NCBI GenBank assembly: GCA_965217865.1
Contig: CBDCJO010000002.1
Span: forward strand, 1,536,001 to 1,600,000
DNA from: Candidatus Latescibacterota bacterium
GTDB taxonomy: Bacteria; Latescibacterota; UBA2968; SICM01
Reading direction: 5' to 3'
DNA length: 64,000 nt
The notes under the pieces were generated by a model. The model was not told the DNA's origin and searched no databases. It saw only the letters and a list, made by a program, of their open reading frames with translations. A program made the position numbers and the translations under genes. Shown here piece by piece: positions 58,530 to 64,000 of the stretch (the first letter of the stretch is position 1; the number at the start of each line of letters is the position of its first letter).

Positions 58530-59364
58530 ATGGTTGATTACCCCACATTTAATCCAGATCAGAGGGAAGAGATTTACGATTTCTTCCGCGAGCAAAAATT
58601 CGCGGTGGTATCGGATGTGATGACTTCGCCCGAGATGCAATTTCTAAGGGCGTTCGTGGATCGCTCTAAGCGGGAGATCCCGAGAGAATGGGGTCCGGAC
58701 AAGCACGGTGTCTATTCGCACGGTCAGATCCTCATCAACTATCCGGAACTGGACCCCTTCGTCCGGCCGGCTGTGGCTTTCCCGCTGGTGGACGCGATTA
58801 TGGGACCGGAGACACGTTTCGCGCAGTTCGATTTTCGGGATGTGTCGGCCGAGGCGGGCGAGCGATCCGCCTTGGCTTTTCACAAGGACCGCGCGCACAC
58901 CCCACGCGAGGATGGGGATCCCAACAGAGACTTCGACAGCACGTACGTGTGCGCGATCCACTATTTGACGGACGTTGAGGCGGAGAATCCCTGCTTTTGC
59001 GTGGTGCCGAGGAGTCACCCCTTATGAGTCCCAGGAGGTGGCAAAGGACAGGATGGGGGAGACTTATCGGGAGGTGGAGATTCGGGGTCCGGCCGGGACG
59101 GCCGTTCTTTATGATATCGCGATTTTTCATACGCGGGTTCCGGGGAAGGTCTCCAGGGGACGGCTCACGCAGCACTCCTATTTCAGCCGGGCGCAGAGCC
59201 CCCCCCTCACGAAATGGGTGATGATTCCGAAGCGGCTGGCCGAGAATCCGGATCCTGAGCAGAGGGCCTTCTTCAGCCAGTGGACGGGGATGCAGAAGGG
59301 GTATGTGGAAGCGGGGTATTCGAGGGAGTACTATGAGGGGGTGGTGATGGATAAGGCGACGTAA
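58530..59364 (+). pseudogene. PhyH-family dioxygenase split by a +1 frameshift at about 59020
   Basis: FHKD..HYLTDV..VVPRSH | GPAGTAVLYD..FHTR. Confidence 0.8.
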
Positions 59365-59559
59365 GGAAAGGAAAGTGGCAGTAGCAGTGGCAGTGGCAGG
59401 AAAGGCAGGGGCCAGTGGGAATTGAAGATTGAAGAATGAAGATTGAATATTAACGGTCCAAAAGAAAGTTCTGAGTTTTCAATATTAAATTTTCTGATAT
59501 TCAAAATTCTAATGAATTTGGGGATTGAAAGAGCAAAACGCGATATGGGGGAAATAGAA

Positions 59560-62274
59560 ATGAAAGGCCTGGTTCATCGCGGGTTTGAAGCGTTTTCCGA
59601 GGGTCGGTTCGAGGATGGGGGAAGCAATCTTCACGTCAATGCGCACGGGGTGATCGAGTCCATTCACAGGACGGACCTGAATAACGACGGGTACGTGGAT
59701 ATCGTCCTGGCGAACAGCCACGGGTATATCGAGCGGGGGCCGACGTGGATCTACAAACCGGACCGGAATGACGGGACGAACTGGAAGCGGAGGGAGCTTC
59801 CCAACGACAGCGGATGGATGAGTCGGGTCGAGGATGTGGACGGGGACGGCTATCCCGACCTGGTGGTGGCGAACGGGGAGAACGGGGTCACGTCGGAGCT
59901 TCCCTCATACGTTTACTGGGGCGGCCCCTCAGGGCTGACGGGTGAATGCCAGGAGCTGCCCACGGTTGGGGCATACGATGTGGCCGTGGTGGATGTGAAC
60001 AGGGATGGGTATAAAGATATTGTCTTTCCATCTGCGTGGGTGGACCATCACAACGCGGGACGATCTAGGCTGCTGCACGTGTTTGTCCAAACCGCGCCGC
60101 GGGTGTTCCGAGATGCATCCGAGGACTACGGCCTGAATGGGTTTGCTTCGATGTCGATCGCCTGTTCGGACCTGAACGGTGACGGTCTGCCCGATCTGGT
60201 GGTGGCCAATTATCGCAAGGAATTCGAGTACGACACGGAGTCGTTCGTTTACTGGGGCAAGGAGGACGGTTTCGACGCGGACGCCCCCCTGCGTCTCCCA
60301 ACCCACTATGCCCTTAAGGTGATTTGTGGAGACCTGAATGGGGACGGTCTGGACGAGATCATCTTTTGCGGGGGGGATCAGGTGATGATCTACTGGAACG
60401 ACCGGGGCCGGTTCGATCCCGCGGAACGGACGATCATCGACCCGAAGGGATTCAAAACGATGTTCTGCCAGGGGGCGGTGAACGCCACAGTGAGCGACGT
60501 GGACCTGGATGGACGGAACGAGCTGATCCTTGCAACCGAGGCCGGTGTGGAGATCCGATCTCCGGACGATCTGCACCGGGTCAGCCGGCTTCTCCCGCTT
60601 GAGTTTTCGACGTGGGTCCACGCGGCTGATCTTGACGGCGACGGACGGCCGGAGCTGATCGCGAGCAAGTACGACGACAGGGTGTCCTACGAGACCACGT
60701 CCGCGATCTTCTGGAACGGTCCGGAGGGATTTTCGGAGGACCGTGCCAGCCGGGTGGCCACGGGCGGGGCGATGGGGTGCACGGCGGGAGATCTGGACGG
60801 GGACGGCCGTCCGGAGGTGGTGTTCAACAGCACGATGATGGGTCCGTCCCAGTTCTGGGAGGACTTTCCGATGTATGTCTATTTCGGGGGGAAGGAAGCG
60901 GACTACGGCCCCCACCGCCGTCTGGAGCTGCCGACCGGAGGGGGGAGCAACGCGTACGTGATCGCCGATTTTGATCTGGACGGGCATCCGGACCTGGCCA
61001 TCACGACGCAGGAGGGACTGCGGGTCTTTCCGAGCGGGCCAAAGGGTCCCTGCGCGGACCGATATGTCGATTTGCCCACGACCGGGGGACACGTGATGCA
61101 GGCTCACGTCGCGGATTTCAATCGCGACGGCTATCTCGATCTGCTGGCTTCGGTCCAGACTTACGACGAGAAACCGGAATCGATGGCGAATTCCTCGGTC
61201 ATCTTCTACGGGTCGAAGGAGGGATTTTCGGCGGAGCGGTCGGAGTCCTTGCCCACTTTCACATACGGCCAGGCGCATCTGGCCGACGTGGACCGGGATG
61301 GATACCTCGATGTCATCTTCGGGGATAAACGGGGATATGTCAGAATTTTTCTCGGCGGTCCGGACGGCTACGATCCCGAACGGGTTTTGAAGATCCCACT
61401 GGAGAATCTCCAGACGGGGTCGTTCAACGCGGCTGACCTGAACGGGGACGGCTGGCTGGATTTGATCGTTGGAATTCAAAGCCACTATCACCGGAGAGAT
61501 GAGAGCGTTTATATCCTGTACGGAGGACCGGACGGTTACGATCTGAATAACGCCCAGTGCTATAGGGGCGGATATTCGCCGGGGAAGGTTCACGTTGCGG
61601 ATTACGATCAGGACGGGAATCTGGACCTGCTCGTTCCGGCCTATTCGTCGCAGGTCACCCGGGTCCTGCCTGCTCAGCTGTTCCGGAGTGACGGCAAGCG
61701 GATCGATTTCGAACATCCGTGGGACATTCCGGCCGAGTCGGCCTGCGGGTTTCTTGCTATAGATCTGAACCGGAACGGTTACACGGATCTGTTTATGCTC
61801 TGCCACCGGGACGACCTGGGCCACCAGGTCGATTCGCTGATCTTCTGGAACGGTCCGGAGGGATTCTCCATGGATCAGCCGACACGATTGCCCGGTATGG
61901 GTCCGCACCGGATGACGCGTGACCCGGGCAACGCATATACGAGGGAACCGACGGAAAGCTATGTCTCGCCGGCTATCGATTTAAAGAATTTGCAGCCGAA
62001 GCGGATTCACTGGGAGGCTGAGGTCCCGGACACGACCGCGCTGAAGTTCCAACTCAGGTGGGCAGAGGAGGAAGGCCGGTTGGAAGAGGCGCCGTGGGAG
62101 GGACCGGGGGGGGAGGGGAGCACCTACGAGAAGTCGGGGGAGGAGATCGGAAGAAGGTCCGAGTCGCGGAGATGGTTACAATACCGGGCAGAATTCGAGT
62201 CGCTCTATGGATGCCGATCGGCGAGGTTGTGGGAAGTCCGGATGGAAATGAAAAATGAAAAATGTAAAATGTAA
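59560..62274 (+). CDS. FG-GAP/VCBS repeat beta-propeller protein
   Basis: More than ten DxNxDG..D repeats; start reassigned to MKGLVHRG. Confidence 0.88.
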   Translation: MKGLVHRGFEAFSEGRFEDGGSNLHVNAHGVIESIHRTDLNNDGYVDIVLANSHGYIERGPTWIYKPDRNDGTNWKRRELPNDSGWMSRVEDVDGDGYPDLVVANGENGVTSELPSYVYWGGPSGLTGECQELPTVGAYDVAVVDVNRDGYKDIVFPSAWVDHHNAGRSRLLHVFVQTAPRVFRDASEDYGLNGFASMSIACSDLNGDGLPDLVVANYRKEFEYDTESFVYWGKEDGFDADAPLRLPTHYALKVICGDLNGDGLDEIIFCGGDQVMIYWNDRGRFDPAERTIIDPKGFKTMFCQGAVNATVSDVDLDGRNELILATEAGVEIRSPDDLHRVSRLLPLEFSTWVHAADLDGDGRPELIASKYDDRVSYETTSAIFWNGPEGFSEDRASRVATGGAMGCTAGDLDGDGRPEVVFNSTMMGPSQFWEDFPMYVYFGGKEADYGPHRRLELPTGGGSNAYVIADFDLDGHPDLAITTQEGLRVFPSGPKGPCADRYVDLPTTGGHVMQAHVADFNRDGYLDLLASVQTYDEKPESMANSSVIFYGSKEGFSAERSESLPTFTYGQAHLADVDRDGYLDVIFGDKRGYVRIFLGGPDGYDPERVLKIPLENLQTGSFNAADLNGDGWLDLIVGIQSHYHRRDESVYILYGGPDGYDLNNAQCYRGGYSPGKVHVADYDQDGNLDLLVPAYSSQVTRVLPAQLFRSDGKRIDFEHPWDIPAESACGFLAIDLNRNGYTDLFMLCHRDDLGHQVDSLIFWNGPEGFSMDQPTRLPGMGPHRMTRDPGNAYTREPTESYVSPAIDLKNLQPKRIHWEAEVPDTTALKFQLRWAEEEGRLEEAPWEGPGGEGSTYEKSGEEIGRRSESRRWLQYRAEFESLYGCRSARLWEVRMEMKNEKCKM

Positions 62275-62440
62275 AAATCAGGGGTCGGAGGCCGGAGGTC
62301 GGGGGTCAGGAAAAAGCAGCAGCAGTGGCAGGAAAGGCAAAGGCAGGGGCCAGGGCAGGAAATTGATCGAGGTGGTTGCGGGTGAATAAAGAAATTCACC
62401 GTTTTACCAATCCCCTAATCAAGAACCTTAATGGACGGTC

Positions 62441-62636
62441 TTTTGGGAGGGACGCCGGCCTCGGCGTCCGCAAACATCCCGGTCGTTAAGGCCAGGGTTT
62501 TTCTGATTCCGAGGGGGTATAGGGTTTGGCGGTTTTCATGGGGAATTGGATGATATTTAATGGCGAAGAGATTTGATGAGATGGAAGGCGCTATTTGGAT
62601 TGATTTAACCACTACGGCCCGCGAGCCCTCCCAAAA
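62441..62636. mobile_element. MITE/REPIN-like non-coding element
   Basis: 11-bp TIR TTTTGGGAGGG/CCCTCCCAAAA, subterminal GC-rich hairpin, homolog at 25192. Confidence 0.6.
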
Positions 62637-62708
62637 CCTGGTCGTTCACTTCCCTTTTCGATCCCCGGCCTTTCCGATCCCCGAATCACGAATCACGATC
62701 CCCGGTCT

Positions 62709-64000
62709 TTATTGGAATCGAATCGAATAGAGGTCGGCGTCCTTGAGCAGGAAACGGAGCCGGACCGGATTGCCCGCAAGCGAACCCATATCGGATCCTT
62801 CGGTCCAGGTCACGACCTGTTCGATTTCATCCCCGTAATTCTCCCGGCAGTTGTCGACCTCGAACCCGGGTACGGGGGTGCCCTCCTGATCCGCTAGCTC
62901 AACGCGAACGCTTCCTGCGGCCGATGTGGCGTAGTTGATCACAAGCTCCTTTCCCTCGAAAACCAGCGGTTTTGTGACGAGCTCTCCTCCGGCGTATGTC
63001 CCGTTGACGGAAACGAAGCCGTCAGTTCGCAACGTGAATCGTTGGATGTGCACGGTCGGCTCACCCCAACGACGCGCGAGGTACAGCGAAAGCTCGTCAC
63101 GGGAAAGCTGGAGCAAACCCGGGACGACCGTATTGCATCGGGTCAGCCAGCTCAGGGGGTCCAATCCGGGGCGGATGAACGACTCCATGAAGCGGCGGTC
63201 GAAGTGCAGCCCGTCCCGGCTCGAGATGAAGACCGTATCTGAGATCCCGTCGTGTTCGAGTTCAGGCCGCTTCGTGCGTGTGGGCAGGAACCGCCTTGGG
63301 AAACCGAGCAGGATGTGGGGCGCCCTGAAGTAGGGGCCGATAGCATTGGTGTAAAGGTGCTCGGGTGGCGTGTCGCCGAAGTCCAATCGATGCAACGGCG
63401 TCCAGTGGATGAAATCGGCCGACGTGCGGATCGCCACACTCCGGACTTTGGGCTTCACGGGGCGATACCATATGCGATGGTACACGACATACTTCCCGCT
63501 GACCGGGTCCCATCGGGCGCAGAATTGGCTGTCGTACGCCGCGTCCACGCCGTCGTATTCGTCAATGACAGGAGCCTCCTGCATCAGGTGCCAGCGGATG
63601 GCGTCCGGGGAGGCGAACGCGTACACGGGCTCCTGGTAGCCGTCGCTCGATAGGGCCTTGTAGCGCTCTTCCGGCCGACAATCCGGGTTGGTATCCTTGA
63701 ACACGCCGAGGCAGTGAGGGCTGGCCACACCTTCCCACACGATGTTGTTCTTCTTCGAACCCATAAACTCGAAAAGCCCCAGCTCAGGTTTCTCCCAGTT
63801 TACCCCGTCAGTGCTCTGCGCATAACAGACGAATTCCGGCTCGCCGTACTGTGCAAGCCCGGCACGGTAGTATAGCCTGTAAAGGTCGCCGTCCTGGAAG
63901 ACAGTACCGTAACCCGAGGCCGACCATCGTGTTTCCCACGGCCGGTCGAATCGGAGCACCACCTCTTCAGATCGCGGTGTCTGCAGTTCCAGGCTCACCC
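62709..64000 (-). CDS. GH32/GH43-like five-bladed propeller (5' end off window)
   Basis: STDGVNW.KP.LG, SPDAIRW, YDSQ, SRDGLHF, LRTDGFVS; same family as 6782..8227. Confidence 0.7.
   Translation of the reverse strand, partial: VSLELQTPRSEEVVLRFDRPWETRWSASGYGTVFQDGDLYRLYYRAGLAQYGEPEFVCYAQSTDGVNWEKPELGLFEFMGSKKNNIVWEGVASPHCLGVFKDTNPDCRPEERYKALSSDGYQEPVYAFASPDAIRWHLMQEAPVIDEYDGVDAAYDSQFCARWDPVSGKYVVYHRIWYRPVKPKVRSVAIRTSADFIHWTPLHRLDFGDTPPEHLYTNAIGPYFRAPHILLGFPRRFLPTRTKRPELEHDGISDTVFISSRDGLHFDRRFMESFIRPGLDPLSWLTRCNTVVPGLLQLSRDELSLYLARRWGEPTVHIQRFTLRTDGFVSVNGTYAGGELVTKPLVFEGKELVINYATSAAGSVRVELADQEGTPVPGFEVDNCRENYGDEIEQVVTWTEGSDMGSLAGNPVRLRFLLKDADLYSIRFQ

Noticed and set aside
59929-61908. 659-aa minus-strand ORF
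   Set aside because: Antisense shadow of the FG-GAP gene; typical of high-GC DNA and without recognisable motifs.
1-64000. tRNA, rRNA or known riboswitch
   Set aside because: No recognisable cloverleaf or conserved RNA motif was seen by eye; an Rfam scan would be needed to exclude them.

Overview
GC-rich bacterial chromosomal window, mostly minus-strand genes, with no rRNA, tRNA or CRISPR. It is dominated by expanded catabolic families: 6 PhyH-type dioxygenase loci, 5 BNR/sialidase-like propellers, 2 sulfatases, 3 GHL10-like proteins, a GH127, 2 GH32/43-like propellers, FG-GAP and PQQ propellers, and a DUF6785-type membrane protein. This gene mix resembles Latescibacterota/Poribacteria-like genomes (inference only). 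Mobile DNA comprises a complete IS1595-family element (28-bp TIRs, 8-bp TSD, passenger genes) and an IS630 inserted at a stop codon. The most unusual features are: (1) many intergenic spacers are mosaics of about 8 families of 6-7-nt tandem repeats, some arranged as inverted arms around an empty core, mixed with several REP/MITE-like palindromes that include nested insertions; (2) a Phd/YefM-MNT fused antitoxin in front of a HEPN toxin; (3) an unannotated 50-aa highly basic peptide gene directly upstream of a TIR/NDT-like gene; (4) a terminator-like hairpin in the leader of a cold-shock gene; (5) several gene fragments, one chimera, and five 1-bp frameshifts that look like long-read errors. 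All family assignments come from motif recognition by eye; no searches were run.
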